Below are positions 37,401 to 50,980 of a stretch of DNA of 64,000 nt, in pieces. The stretch comes from Neoechinorhynchus agilis (taxonomy: Eukaryota; Animalia; Acanthocephala), in assembly GCA_051530055.1 (NCBI GenBank), contig CM121342.1, positions 12,601,480-12,665,479 on the forward strand. Direction: 5' to 3'. The number at the start of each line of letters is the position of its first letter. Position 1 is the stretch's first letter. Under the pieces are notes generated by a model. It saw only the letters and a list, made by a program, of their open reading frames with translations. It had not been told where the DNA came from and made no database searches. Position numbers and translations under genes: made by a program.

Positions 37401-39653
37401 AAGGAAGTATAGCGAAGGTTTTGCCTATAGAATTAACCTCTTGGAATTTTACGATACTCAGAAACTAAACGAGGAAGTTTGATTGAAAACGATGATAACA
37501 ATTTATAGGCAGCAGTGGACAATTTGCAATATTCTCTGCAACATACTTTCATTTTCTTCACCGCCAGTTAAATTATTCCCAAGGATTTCAAAAACGCTTA
37601 ATTTCCAAGGAGCGAAATGTCGATTTCTCGTTTCTAATCAATAAGAGTGCTCACCTAGATCTTTTCCTTGGCCACTTAACGCGTTCTTTTTCTCGGCAGT
37701 AATCCTCAAAGTCTCTAAGAAATAGACGGCGTTGAGAAAAAAAAGTTTAGCTGAACTCATTTTCTCAATCGCACTGCGTGCATCAGTGGACGTTTGAGCT
37801 ATTGTTTGCATTATAATCCCTCTGACAGAGTACACGTCAATATCTTTTAAAAGGTGATTCATGAGTGGATTAAATTCTAGATTTCGAAGATGTTCTCCGT
37901 TTTTTATAATTACCGGTGAAAATAAAGCCAACGACTCGAATTGACTACGGTTTGCCTCGCGCTTTCCTTCAACGTGGAATTGTATGCTGATAAAAGTCCA
38001 GAAATTTCGAAATAGATCAAATAGACCATCATGCTGGGAAGATATGTTGCCTATGTATCGAACAAGATGATCGAGAAGTTGGATAAAGCGCTGCTCGTCT
38101 TTTTGATCAATTGCAGGTAGCAGAAAGATTAATGTTTCGAACATATGAGTGAAGAGCAGGAGTGCGTTACCAGGAGGTATTTCAATGCCACCTTTCAAAA
38201 TCGCGGCAATCGATCCCAATATAGTTTGTGATTGACGCTGTTCAATTGCGGTTGAAAGATTGCAAGTAATTGATCGACAAATCCGATCGCTTCCTGTTTC
38301 AGTCAATGCGATATGGCTTAGTCGCATGAATATGGACTCCGTAAGTCGATGGCATGAAATTTCAAATGAAAATGCAATTAGTTCGTCGAGTTTTAAGAAC
38401 GCAAAATCGGTCATTTCTTTCTTTTCAATCAATTTGCAGATAAGACAGGCAATGTTGTCGAGAATATAGTCGCTACATTTTCGGATATCAGGAAATCCGA
38501 TTACAAGGTCAGCCCACGGCATTGGTTTAGAGCGCAGCAACAAGTCCAAAACTTCACTTCGTATATCAACAAAATCTTCAAAATTATTTTCGTGAAGGTC
38601 AACTAGCAGTGTGTTGGTTTCATGCAGAATAAGATCAATAAGGTATCGAGGAAGAAGAAGAGATTGTTGATCCCGCTCTAGATTTTGACCTATCAGTTGA
38701 AAAATTTGCCTGACGAAGGTAATTGGTTGAGGTTTTTTAAGTAGGCAAGTTAGTTTTTGTAGTTTTTGATCACCAGAAACAAGACTGAGACTGTGTTTGA
38801 GAATTTGAAATCGAATTTCATTGTTCTTAATTTTTTTCAAGATCTGCGGAACAACCAAATGCAGTCGATGAGCTCCTCCGCACCACTCAATAGTTTCCAT
38901 TGACTCCTTAATGAATTGTTCGTCTACTTTCTCTCGACTAATTGCGTCCACTAAACGTCTAGAGAGTTCATTAAGCTTTTCTTTTGAGAACAAGTTCTGA
39001 TCACCATCTCTAAGACCTTTGAAGATTTCACACAAAGGTCCACTTGCATTAATATCTAACAGATTAACGATCAAACGCATCAAAGACCGGGCCAGTTGTT
39101 CACTGTAACGATTGCACCGTCTTGTGGATGAGTTAAGAGCACTCACAAGGTACTGAAGATTTGGCTGTGGCGAGTTTAGGCAGTCTGTTGGATGTAGAGA
39201 GAGGCGGTTTACGAATCCGATGAGGTAATCGAATGGGTGATTGAATATTTCGGAATTTGTTGAAGCTTTGAAACATATGAAACATAAAGCACTCACGTGG
39301 AACCATTGACGAGACGTAGGCGGCGATGTAAGTGATGGGCATTTTGATATTAGTCGACGGCAGGATTCGATACTTTGATTCTGACATATGCAGTCGGACC
39401 AGTCGATGAGGATTTGACTGAGAAAACGATCAGTCGGTCGTCGGTTTTTACATTGTAAATCACGTACAATATTGATTCGCATTGGAAGCTTATAGAAGGC
39501 GCATATGTGAGAAACAATATCTTGAAGGATTGAAGTGGCACAACAGCACAAAAGCTCGACGTATTTTGATGTAGACTGTCACGGATCTATGGCGAATGCT
39601 ACTAACGATCACAGAAAGCGCTAAAAGTATACTTTAATGCCAAAGGAACGCAT
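31492..39653 (-). CDS. PI4KA: Phosphatidylinositol 4-kinase III alpha, multi-exon
   Basis: Kinase domain [15 protein letters not shown]...[10 protein letters not shown]...[15 protein letters not shown]...[10 protein letters not shown]; helical domain [20 protein letters not shown] and LAHQFIWNM; [10 protein letters not shown]. Large exons at 37638-39551, 36414-37265, 34833-36101, 32786-34288 and ~32430-31492. The start at 39653 is inferred from a short exon plus a GT-AG intron. Confidence 0.93.
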
Positions 39654-41499
39654 GTGTGTGCGCTTCTCACCAACAGAAGACGCTCATTTGCACGTGTTGA
39701 GATATTATCCTAAGCTTGATTCTTCCGTAGTTCAAGTTCATTTGTTCTAATTCGATTGCGAAAGTAGCGGACTACGTGCAATCAGTACAATCGTCTCAAT
39801 TTCTAGTTTTGTGGAGTAGGGAAAGATTATATATCAAAGAATCACTTTAATTGAAATACTTCGTCCAATCACACTTTAAAAACTCACAAGCAATAATTGA
39901 CTGAAGAAGTGCAGCGTGATTGGGCGAAATATTTCAATTAAAGTGATTCTTTGTGTGATGCGCGCCAAGTATCGATCGATGCGCAATTAAAATATGCATA
40001 TATAGACCGGTGCCATTAGTATATAAGGGACTGTGTGTTCGTGGTTGGTGGTCGAATGAAAACATAGTCATGTCGGACACTACACTTTGATATAGAATTT
40101 TTCCCAACTGCTACATACTCATGGATTTTATCTTTAACTTCTAGTTTTGCCATGGATCGTGTGTATTGTTTCCTAGGTCAGGCAATCCGATCTCGGCAGG
40201 ACCGTGACGAATTCGAAACGGCCAATGACGAGCTCTTTAGCTCGGTAGAAATTAATTTTTAAGTGAATGATTTGTTAGTAAACAGAAGCTACTAAGATTT
40301 TATTTGGAAATGTATTTAAAATATCAATAAATCGTTTACATTTAAGCTCTCGAACTCAATTTTTTTCACTGAGACATTTCAAATGCAATAAATTTGGTAC
40401 TTAGTCGATTTGCATCTATGTTAAATAGGTCAAATCGATTTTGTAGTTGAAATTTGCGACTTTATAAATACGGTCAGTCGTGCATTATCCTATATTCGTC
40501 CTTTAATTGGCGCCCCTAATTTCCCCTCATCTACCTTCTCGAACTATTATGTATCAATTTCTGTCAAAGACATTTAGTCAATTTTTAGAACCTTTTCGTC
40601 TTCGATTGTCTTCTGCCTTATCGCACATTTGTTAATCTCTTGTTAAGTCATTTCAGTTTAAATCAAACATTACTTTTTTTCTTCAATGGCAAATAGGACT
40701 CAATACACAGCTTACTTAAATATTACCTCAATTTTTCTTGAAAAGGAGTTTACAAATCGGAATATTTCAACACCCTAGAACGCCCAAAGGGAGCATTTTT
40801 TTTCTAATGTGTGGTGGTAAGAGACTCTTTGTTGAGATATTCGTTAGTAACAACCGAGTCAACTTACGAGGATTAATCAATAATTTACTCGCACTTGCAT
40901 GATTCTATTTTCTGCAACAAATGTGAAAACGTTCTATTTCGTATATTTCTGAATTTTTTGACCATTCTGAATTCGATTCCTCCAAACTTTCGCCCTTCGG
41001 CTACAATTATATGTGAAAGTCTTCTAGGAAAACGCATACCAATTTGCATGATTTTGATAGCTTATTTTGTACGAATACTATTCGTTTCGATACTATGCCC
41101 GTCAGATTACTTTATTCCCTGTTAGCAAATTAAAAATGAAGTAAAACAAATTAAGGCTTTAAATAAAGAACCTTATGAATAACATTTCCAGGGGATATTG
41201 GAAACGTTGGGTAATCGGTATAATATCACAACATTCGAGTTAAATAGTGTTACTTTATTTATTTAAGTACGCAGCATACAAATTCGCTCAAAGCAACAAA
41301 AGAGTTATGTATTCCAAGTGATTCCATCTTGTTCTCGTTGCAAGTATTCCTGACTTTTCCGTTTGGCTAGGATTAAGTAACAAAATAATGATATAACAAA
41401 AGGACTATCTCCCGCGAGATATTCCGGCACGCTCTGCAGTCTTATAAGGATCGGGATATCCCTCCCCAATTTTTGACTGAATGGTAGCGGCCAAATAAC

Positions 41500-44400
41500 A
41501 AAAGGTTTGGGATATACAAATTATGAATAATATGGAAATGCATAGATAACGAAAATATATAATAACAAACGGTTCATATTACTATCTGTCCTTGTTCTGT
41601 GTCCTTGTTTTGTAAAAGATTTTAATATCGTATGAATTCATTTTGTGGATTACCTCTAAAATCGATTTATTATCCGAGATACTTACTCCAATTGCTCTTT
41701 CACACTAAAAGTTTTATAACAAATGGTTCTACCTTTGTTACTAAAGATATTATTTTCTTTTTTAATAAACAGTTTTTGCAAAAGTTAGCCTAAGGTCCGG
41801 TGGTCTACCTCTACCAAAAAACCGCCCAAAAGGGTTTTAAAAATAGGTAGATGGTTTAAATGTGGAATGTTAAGTCTAATTAATCTCCAGCGCAATCTTT
41901 TGATTTTTATAAAAGGGAGGCCAGATTGGAGTTTAGAATCGTTCTTTTGTTGCTAGCCGGAAGGTTGATCCCGAAGACCCTGAAACAGTTTTTAATAGAA
42001 AATCATTTTCGCATAGTAGCGTAGTGAGTTTTGCTCTCACACCCGGCGTCTTTGTTAAGGTGATAATTAAGGTTTTTGTCTATTTACAGCGAGATTTGCT
42101 CTCTCTAAAAATGCAATCTTAGTTAATAAGAAGATCTCCAATAAGATTAATAAGCTTTTCCCTTTTTTTTATTAAAAACTAAGAAAAATAAATCATCCTT
42201 ACAATCCCAATATTTACAATATTTCTTGTTTAATTGTTTTAAAATTTTAATCATTCCTATAAGGAAAAGAGTAGGGGAAAGGGGGGAATCTAGAGGCACA
42301 CCAGATTTTGAGTAAAAAATTGATTTGTTTGGGTCAACATGCATAAAATACGATTTTGATTCAAATAAAAATTGGGTTAGTTTTTAAAGTATTTTTGGGG
42401 ATTCTTAAGCCATCCATATCCTCATAAATAAAAGTGCGATTAATCGCGTCAAATGCCTTGTTAATTTCTAGTTGAACAAGGACTTTATTTACTCCAATGA
42501 TTTGATCATTAAAATTTGCAGGCCGGGACAAACCCAGGAAAATTAGGTGGGATAAGATTTTTGTTAACTAAAAAGGTCATAAGTTTTTTTATTAAGAACT
42601 TTCTCAATAATCGAAATTAACGGGTTTTGAATAGATATGAGTCTAACATCCACAGGACTTGAAATTATTTTATCATTTTTGGGAATAATTATTTTCCTTA
42701 CCTTATTGATGGTCAGTAAATCCTGAAAAGATAGCCTTCTATTCCAATGTAGTAATATAAGTTCTTTATTAATCGAACTGACCACCTGAAGCACTTTGGA
42801 CGAGCAGGAAAGAGCGTTGTTGGCGTTAGAAACACCTCTACCCCATACTGATAAAATATCCTCTTTTGAAATTCCCATTGAGTCAATAATATTGTCGGGA
42901 AACCAAGTGGGAGAGGAAGCGATTCCAAACAGGTTCCTATAAAGTATTTGACTAATTACCTCTGGGTAGGAAATCGTCCCTATCCAATTAGCCGCTTTTT
43001 GCTTCCAATCGATCCATTTTTTATTAAGAATAGTATACCAGTAGCTTGATGACATTCTTTTTAATGTTGCTAATTTTTTCTTATCTCTATCTAAGTTTTC
43101 ATTCGTTAGATGTTTATAAAATTCCGATCTGTAATATTTACTCAGTGCCAGATTCCCTTTTAACTCATTTATAATGGATAATCTCATAAATGAATTAGTG
43201 AGTTTTGAGGGTCTCCATTTTTTTAAATGGCAAAAAGGTGGTTAGATTATCATTAGCCGCTTTAGAGATGATGTCACTAACTTCTGATAATTTAAGCCTT
43301 TGTAAAGATACTTTTGATTTAATTTGAAGGTTAAAATTATTTACCTTATTTAAATTGAAAACGACTCTGGTTTTTAGGTCTAGTTGACCTGATTCGAACA
43401 GTATAAGATCATGCCCTATGGATTTCTGATCAAAAATTTGAGCCCTCACTCTTTTTTCGCATAATTATGGAAGGAGGGAAAGGCGTTAGATAGAAATTAA
43501 ATATGTTTGATCATTTTTCAAAAGCTGTAAGGGAATTGGAGTTAAAGCCTCCTAAAATTATGTCAGGATTCCAGTCTATCATCCATTGACTTTTCCCTTC
43601 AAAAATTTGTTCACCTTTCTTGGGGGGATGTAGAGATTGCATAAAGTTAATTTATTATCCTTAAACGTTAAAAAATCGTCTACGGAAAAAATTTGTACAG
43701 CAAGATAGTATTCTTTAAACTGCAAAAGCAATTTAGGGTTAAGAGATTTTTTATAAACGTTTGCAAACCCCCCGAGAATCCAATGTTTTTTGGATTAGGA
43801 TATGAGAAGGTGGGGGAAGAATAAAATGATCAAAAATAGAGAAATTTAAGATATTGGAAATTCCCGATTCCTGGAAACAGAGTACATCTACGTCCAGGAT
43901 ATTGATTTGATTTAATATATGATTAGAGATTGTACTATCTCTGGAAATATTATAGGATAAAATCCTTCTATTATTCATCATAATGAAAAGGCGAAGAGTT
44001 GCTCTCTTCCCTTATAAAGATTTTAGGATCATTATTGTCTAACTTGTTTTCCGCTTTCCTTTTATAAGGATTAAAGGAAAGAGATTGATCCATAGTCATC
44101 ACTTCCACCGGACCTTCCATTGCGATATCCTCCATATTATGAACCATCCTAATCTCTTCCGATTCACAGTTTCCTGAATCACCGTTCTTGTCTAGTTATT
44201 ATTTTAACGAATTAATTATTACGTCTTTTTCAATTTTTTGTAAAGAACTTTGACTTGGTCTTGCAGGGAGCGAATTTGACCCACTAATGATTCCAAAAAC
44301 TGTCTATCATATGCTTGGCTAAGTGAAGTATTGTGAGACGAGGAGCGCGAAGCGTGGCTTCTATTTACCCAAGCATTGGATTTATAAGCGTTAGAATTTT

Positions 44401-44780
44401 CATATGATTTGAAGTATTTTACTGCTGCAGGGCAGAACCTTTAAAAGGCTTCGTGATTTCCACCACAATTGCAACAACATATTCTACTGCTTTGGCATGA
44501 TGAAGAAAGATGATTTTCTGCACAGGTGTCGCATTTCGTATCACTTTTGCATTGCGAAATAGAATGGCCCCATTTGTTGCATTTCTTACATTGGGTCAAA
44601 ATATAATTATAAATCGAGTTTTGTTTAGGAAAAGAAAAGTTTATCCAATGGGCCAGAAAACCCGCCGAAGTGCCTTTTAATTTATCAATTTTGTTAGATG
44701 AACATTGTACTAGTAGAGCATAAGGGGGTTTATCTTCCACGAATGTTTTATTAAAAACTTATGTGAAAATTTTTCTGTAC
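41500..44780 (-). mobile_element. Decayed APE-type LINE (LINE B): ORF1 knuckles, APE, RT
   Basis: CKKCNKWGHSISQC, CDTCAENHLSSSC, CCNCGGNHEAF*RFCP; APE ILSYNI...VLCFQESG; RT VRLISIQNP, PGFVP, LEINKAFDAINR, GVPLDSPLSP, CKDD, FRVFGINL. Many stops and frameshifts. Confidence 0.85.
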
Positions 44781-44881
44781 TGTTAAAAGATGTTCGATTG
44801 ATAATTTTTGCGATTAGTATAGACCACCAAAGAAGGCAAAGATGCTGATCGAATTTCAGATATTCTTAACCTTTTCACACT

Positions 44882-45547
44882 ATGGATTGTAAAATACGTC
44901 CGCTAAAGCAAACTGGGCCACAATGCGGTATTGCCGTAATAACGATGATCTTAAATCTAATCGATAAAAGCATTACTCAGAAGGATGTACTAAATGTAGC
45001 AATTACAAAAGGAATATCTCTGAAAGGCGAGTTGTTTGATTGCTGCTATGTAGCTGAAATTCTAAATGATTTTGGCTTAATTGGCGCTCGTATCGGGTAG
45101 TTTATCTTTATGAATCGAGCTACCACTAAAAACGAGTGTAAGATCAGAAATTGGAATGAATCTGAGACGCTTTTATTGGGCGACTTAAGAAACTCTAAAG
45201 TTGCCCTTGTTCCTTATGATTGCGGGCCAGATTTTAGACCAGCGTTAAAGAATGGTTCACGTGCTCATTGGGCGTGTGTCTATCAATGCATTGATCAAGG
45301 AGAAAGGAAAGTATTGGCATTTCAACCTAAAAGTTTACGCGTTCAAGAATGGTTGTAGTTCAAGGACCTATGCTTCTGGAGCTTAACAAAAAAGTGTAGC
45401 TCTTTGAAAAATGATGAACTTCTTAAAAGCAACCGTCAACTTAATGAATATCCGAAGTCTGTTGAACTTGGATATCTAAAAGCTGTTGATGTTTCCAACA
45501 CTCTCAAGGGGAAATATGTGATTTGTAGCGTAAAGTCAGACGAATAG
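44882..45547 (+). CDS. ACTMAP: Actin maturation protease (C19orf54/UPF0692), 3 exons
   Basis: QTGPQCGIAV (catalytic-Cys motif), KGELF, LVPYD, GSRAHWAC, QPKS, LLKSNRQL. Short GT-AG introns at about 45089-45118 and 45355-45399. Confidence 0.8.
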
Positions 45548-46713
45548 TAGCGAATCGATTTCTTTATTTCTAAGGTAAATTTTATTTTTGTGGTTTTCTC
45601 AGTTCATATAGGTAAAAATTTGCTGCCTGCTTTATTGTTGAAATTAATCACTTATTTTTGTTTTTTCGCTGAGAGGTCTTTGATTCTCTGCTTGAAACAG
45701 TAGTTTAATAGGACAGCAATCCGGATAAAATTGACGTTTCGGATAATCAATGTTTCACCATAATTAAATCGCTCTACGATTTTTAATTCTTCAACTAGAC
45801 TCTCATTCACTTTTTATTTGCTATCAGTTCAATTGCGAAGCTTCCATTTGTTAAGAAACGCATGTCGAAATGTTTGTACTCATGTAGAGAAACGAACAAG
45901 TTTAACGAGCGAACTGGGAGGCCAAAACAACCACGAGACTCATTGTAAGGAAACCGAGAAATACAAGGTAGATGTTGCAGCGAGCTTTATAATCACAATG
46001 CATAAATCAGTCATGAAAACTTCTATGGTGCTATCACTGTTAATCATGGATTGTGGTCAGTGTTTTAGATCTCACGATAGAGGGCTATCTTTATTTGCAG
46101 TCCATTTGAGACGTCTTTTTAACCTTCATCAAGAAGTATGTAGTTGTTACCTCAGTAATGCCCAGCTTCCTCTCCATCTATTTGCATTTGATATGCTAGG
46201 GCCAAAAACAATAATCAATATTGCTTATGATAAAGTCAGATTTCGATCTTATTCGATTAAGTCCATTAATTGATTGAATCATTACGATTTAGTTTTGCTA
46301 ACCGACCGCTAGTAGTGATAAAGATTTTCGAAACCATCGTATAATATTAAAAATAAATATTTTTTAATTTATTCAATTTTTTGTAGTTACTCCAATGATA
46401 ATCTTCATACGAATAAACCTTTACGCATTTAATGTAATGTATTTCAAAATCACCTACTTTCGAAATAAGTAAATAATTACAATTAGATCAATTCCATGAT
46501 TTCTTACGGTTGAACACCGATACTGTTCTATTGTTATAGAGGTAGCGTTGCTTTAAGAGTTGTTAAACATCGAAGCTCAAATGATTTATAATTGTTTACA
46601 GTCCGATTTTTCCATCGCCTATCCTGATACTCAGGGCACCGTGCATCTTTTCAAAATCATATAGAATTCAGCTTGATTCAGCCAGATATTTAAAGCCAAC
46701 ATTGTACTTTTAG

Positions 46714-49344
46714 CGAAAAGATGTTTACAAGAACGTTTAAATGCGACACCAAACGAGGCTACCAAAATTTTTGTTGACCTTTCCATTGCATTTTCATCTA
46801 ATTTGAGTACTGGCGGTCTTAAGACATTTGGCGAGCAAAACACAATCATTTTCTACGGAGTGGTAAGCACTTTTAGTACTAATTTGCGAAGCTCAACATA
46901 TTTTTGCCGTAGGTTGAAGAATTAGGCATTTCGCATTTTAGGAAATACCTAAATACTGTTTTTGATGAACGAAACATTGGTTGCTTGGTAAACAAAATTC
47001 GAAGATGTAGTTTGGTATGTTCGTCGTGATTTGAAAGATTTATCGATAAAAGTACCTGGCTATTAAGGTATCTGACGTTCAGTTCACTTATATTCACGAA
47101 CGAAGTTCAAGGTCATCGATGAGTGATATAGCCTTTAAGAATGAAAATAAATTATCAGTTTTAAAATTCATAGATCCAATGTTTATGGAACAATGGTACA
47201 TGGTAGGCTATTTTTGCCTGAAATACCAAAATATAAGCGAATGTAACAGGACAGTAAAAGGGCGAACGACATGAATATAGTCGCTGCTTGGAAAATGGGA
47301 TACACTGGAAAAGGAGTTTCCATTTGTATTTTGGACGATGGTCTTGAGCATAGCCATCCGGAATTAAAGACGAGATATGTCCGCCCTCTCGATCGTTTTA
47401 TCTAGCATTCGTTTTATGTCGGTATTTTCAGGTCCAATCCCTTAGTTATAACTTCAACGATCTGAAAGATGAATATAATGATCCAAGTCCTAGATCAACG
47501 CCAAAAAGGTACACATCATCTTTTTTAACTCATAAAAAACCTTTTGTCCGGAACTATTTTTAGCCATGGTACCAAATGTGCAGGCGTTGCTGCTGCCGAA
47601 GCAAATAATGGTTTTTGCGGAGTTGGGGTGGCATACAATGCATTTATATGTGGTAAATAACGCAAGTGTAACACTGTTCGGCAATTTATTCTATTCGTGT
47701 TAAGAATGGTTTAATTTACTTTTATTATAATTAATAGATCACGTTTTTTGTTTTTAATTGACACTTAGTTGGGCTGTTATAGTTCGAGCTTTCACCGTAA
47801 TAAAGTTTTCTAATGGCTGGAAGATCAAGTAGTATTTCACAAGATTTTGGTAACTAATGGATGAGTGAAACAAATAATCGCCTTCCATGATGAAAATTTT
47901 GACATAGGGATCAAATTGCAATGAATTCAAATAATTTCATACATTTTAAGGCCACCGGATCTTAGATGGTGCAGTGACTGCACTGCTGGAAGCTCGTGCG
48001 ATAGCCTATCGGAATAAAGACGTGGATATAAAGAGTGTATCGTGGGGTCCTAAGGATGATGGACGGACAATGGAAGCTCCACATAGAATAGTTGAAAGTG
48101 CGTTGCAACAAGGCGTTTTAAGGAAATGCTGATTATTGTTTATCTTCTAAACTTTCAATAATCAGTGTGGTACATGGTCGGGGCGGTCTTGGAACTATAT
48201 TCGTCTGGGCAGCCGGGAATGGAGGAAGGCAAGATGACCATTGCGGCGCTGATGGATATGTATCGAATCCAAACGTATTTGCTATCGGATCAATTGATGT
48301 AAACGGAAATCCACCGTCTTACAGTGAACATTGTCCTGCTTTAATAGCCGTAACATTAGTGTCGGATATATCGGTTAGCGTTTCAAAAACTTATTTATGA
48401 TAAACCCCATTTTACAAATTAGAATGGACGTGGACTTGTAACATCGACAGTCGGCGGTAAATGCACCAATGATTTCACTGGGACGTCGGCTGCTGCTCCG
48501 TTGGCTGCAGGAGTATTTGCCTTGACTTTAGAAGCCAACCCGAATTTGACTTATCGCGACCTGATGCATCTAGTCGTCCGAACTGCAAAAATACCTGATT
48601 CATCTTACGATCATGAATGGATCTTAAATGGCGGTGGAATTTATTGCAGTTCACATTTCGGATTCGGTTTGCTCGATGCGGGGCGGATGGTTGACAATGC
48701 AAAGAATTGGACGCATGTTAAAGAAAAGCGTGTTTTGGCCATAGATTTCGATGAAGGTTCTGCTAGGTAACTTTTTCTCTCATTGAAAATCCTGTTACTT
48801 TTCTTTGTATAATAGTATACGATCCAATGCGATTGTCATAAGTCAATTAGTATCAAGCCGCGGTACTTTAGATTTATGGGATGTTCAATTAGAGCATGTG
48901 ACTTTGGGTGTTAGGGCAATCTTACAAGGACGGCGTGGAAATTGGCGAATTATAGTCACCTCTCCTTCTGGAACTAATTCAACTATGCTGGAATACAGAG
49001 AAAAGGATGATTCGAAAGGTAACATACAAGCAACTTTATGCACTTGAAATCATTTTAAAACAGCATTGGATCATTCTCCGTTTACTTCTCTGCATTTCTG
49101 GGGCGAACGGGCATTTGGAAAGTGGTCGATCAAACTGGAAACCAATCAAGAGCATGAATTAAGCTTGCGTGGTATTCAATTAAACAGTCTAAAACTCGAA
49201 CTACACCTTACGGAGTTTTGGGACCAATCAAAGCGTTACATATCCAATCGATCTCGCGTACTAAAACGTTCGGAAATTCGGAAGATCATCATTGATGGCC
49301 AAATCGCTTCAGGTGCTTCCCAGATAGATAAAATGCGGAAATAG
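46714..49344 (+). CDS. Kexin/furin-family proprotein convertase (S8 catalytic domain + P domain), multi-exon; signal-peptide exon not located
   Basis: Prodomain ends in RSSR before [11 protein letters not shown]. Catalytic motifs ILDDG (D), HGTKCAG (H), WAAGNGG (N) and GTSAAAP (S); P-domain LEHV...TSPSGT...HFWGE. Introns are GT-AG except the junction near 48110-48166. Confidence 0.9.
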
Positions 49345-49384
49345 ATTTTTAAATAAGCATATTAAATAAATTTCATATCTCATT

Positions 49385-50980
49385 GTCCTCGGGGTGAATT
49401 TGATTGTGTGTTGGCGAATCCTGTCCCCGGTGTTTTCGTTACTCATTTATTTTAGAAATATTTTGCAAGGTTTTCCTTGCCTCTTCAGTCTACTCAGATC
49501 CGCGGGTTTGCTAATACCCGAAGTGTGGGGAGTTCCATCCGCACACACCTCTTGCGGTTTGTTGCCGACTAATTTGCCCGTCATGCTACGCAACTTTGGT
49601 AGCACCAGTGTGTGGTTTGATTTATTGCCTTCCATCGTCGGATTTCCCCGGATGTGAATGGCCTCAAGAATCAGTCTTCCTCTAAGATCCGGTTCGCTGA
49701 TTATGAATCTCGCCTTTTCAAAATCCACCTTGTGCTGGATTGTTTGCTGGTGGTTCGAGATTGCTGGGGATTTGTCGATTTGGAGCGAGGTAGTTGAGGC
49801 GGCTCAGTTTTTCGGTAAAGCCAGTGTATTTGAGGGAGATGCTTGTGGTTTCCTTCTTCTTGCGATGGGCGCTATGTGTTGCTTTTTTGAGACCGATTTT
49901 GATGGCCCATTCAGGTAAGCCTCGTGATCCGAAAACATTGGTGATACTTTGTTTTTCTTCTTCCCAATCCCTGCTTTCTGAAGAAATCATCCTGGCTCTC
50001 CTGAAGTAGGACGTTGCCGCTGTTATTTTATAGTGGAACGGTTGGTGGCTCGACCAGTGAGGTGGACCCCATGCTATACCTGGTTTGCGATAGAGCTGTG
50101 TTTTGATGTTGCCCTTATCATCGTTTTATCTTTACGTCCAAAAAGGAGATAGCCCCTCTTCATCTTCCTGAGTCATTGACCACTGGATGTTTGGATCCTC
50201 CATGTTGAGTGGAATGCTTAGGTCTCCCATGCTCGCTTCATCATCAGTGACTATGAACACGTCGTCAACATAGCGATACCACTTTTTGATGTTGGGTTTC
50301 TTCTTCAAGAAGTTGTTTTCCCATCGTCTCATGTAGAGATCAGCTAGAGTGGGTGCCAGAGGTGAACCCATTGCAACTCCGTCGCGTTGTTCATAGAAAA
50401 CTTGATCGAATTCAAAAACGGTCTTGCGTGTGCACCACTGCAGTAGAGTTATCCACGTTTTATGATCAAGGCGCGGTTCTTCGCATTGATTGTGTAGAAG
50501 TTCAGCTGCTATGGAAATTGTCTCTTGGAGTGGAATGTTGGTAAATAAGGACGTTACGTCGGCCGTGAAGAATTTGCACTGTTCATACTTTTCCAGTCGC
50601 ATTCGGGTTGCAAAGGAAGGGCCGTCAGCTATGTATGACGGAGTGTTCGGCATGATGCTTCTTACTAGTGCATTGATTCTACGGACCAAACGATGATTGA
50701 AGGCATTGTAGCTGGCTATTATTGGTCGGTATTGTATCGTTGGTTTTTGTATTTTTGGGGAAAGATACAAGAAGGAAGCCCTGGCTGTAGAAGACCTCGT
50801 CTGTTGATGAAAGTGCTCAGTAATCGAGTTATTTTTCCGTAGAGTCCTCAAGAATGCATTTAGTTGTGTCTCCCGTTTTTCTGTTGGATTGGAACTGAGT
50901 TTGACGAACTTGCCAGAGTCCAGCAGACTGTGGGCCGCATCGGTATACTCTTCAGTATCTACCGCAACTAGGGCACGTCC
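49385..50980 (-). mobile_element. Penelope-like element, 5'-truncated, GIY-YIG core deleted
   Basis: YRPIIASYN, ADVTSLFTNIP, GVAMGSPLAPTLADLYM, WYRYVDDVF, (frameshift) SFLDV, LYRKP, WSSHQP...RRARMISS...GLPEWAI; endonuclease C-terminus SNHQQTIQHKVDFEKA...LILEAIHI. Confidence 0.9.
49453..49492 (-). ncRNA. Degenerate minimal type I hammerhead-like motif at the PLE terminus
   Basis: Minus strand: TAGA CTGAAGA G GCAAGG-AAAA-CCTTGC AAAA TAT T TCTA. It has a 4-bp stem I, CUGANGA, a 6-bp stem II and a palindromic ATAT helix III, but GAAA reads AAAA. Confidence 0.45.

Noticed and set aside
45818-46273. 151-aa plus-strand ORF
   Set aside because: TTG start, no recognisable domain or splice context; not supportable as a gene.
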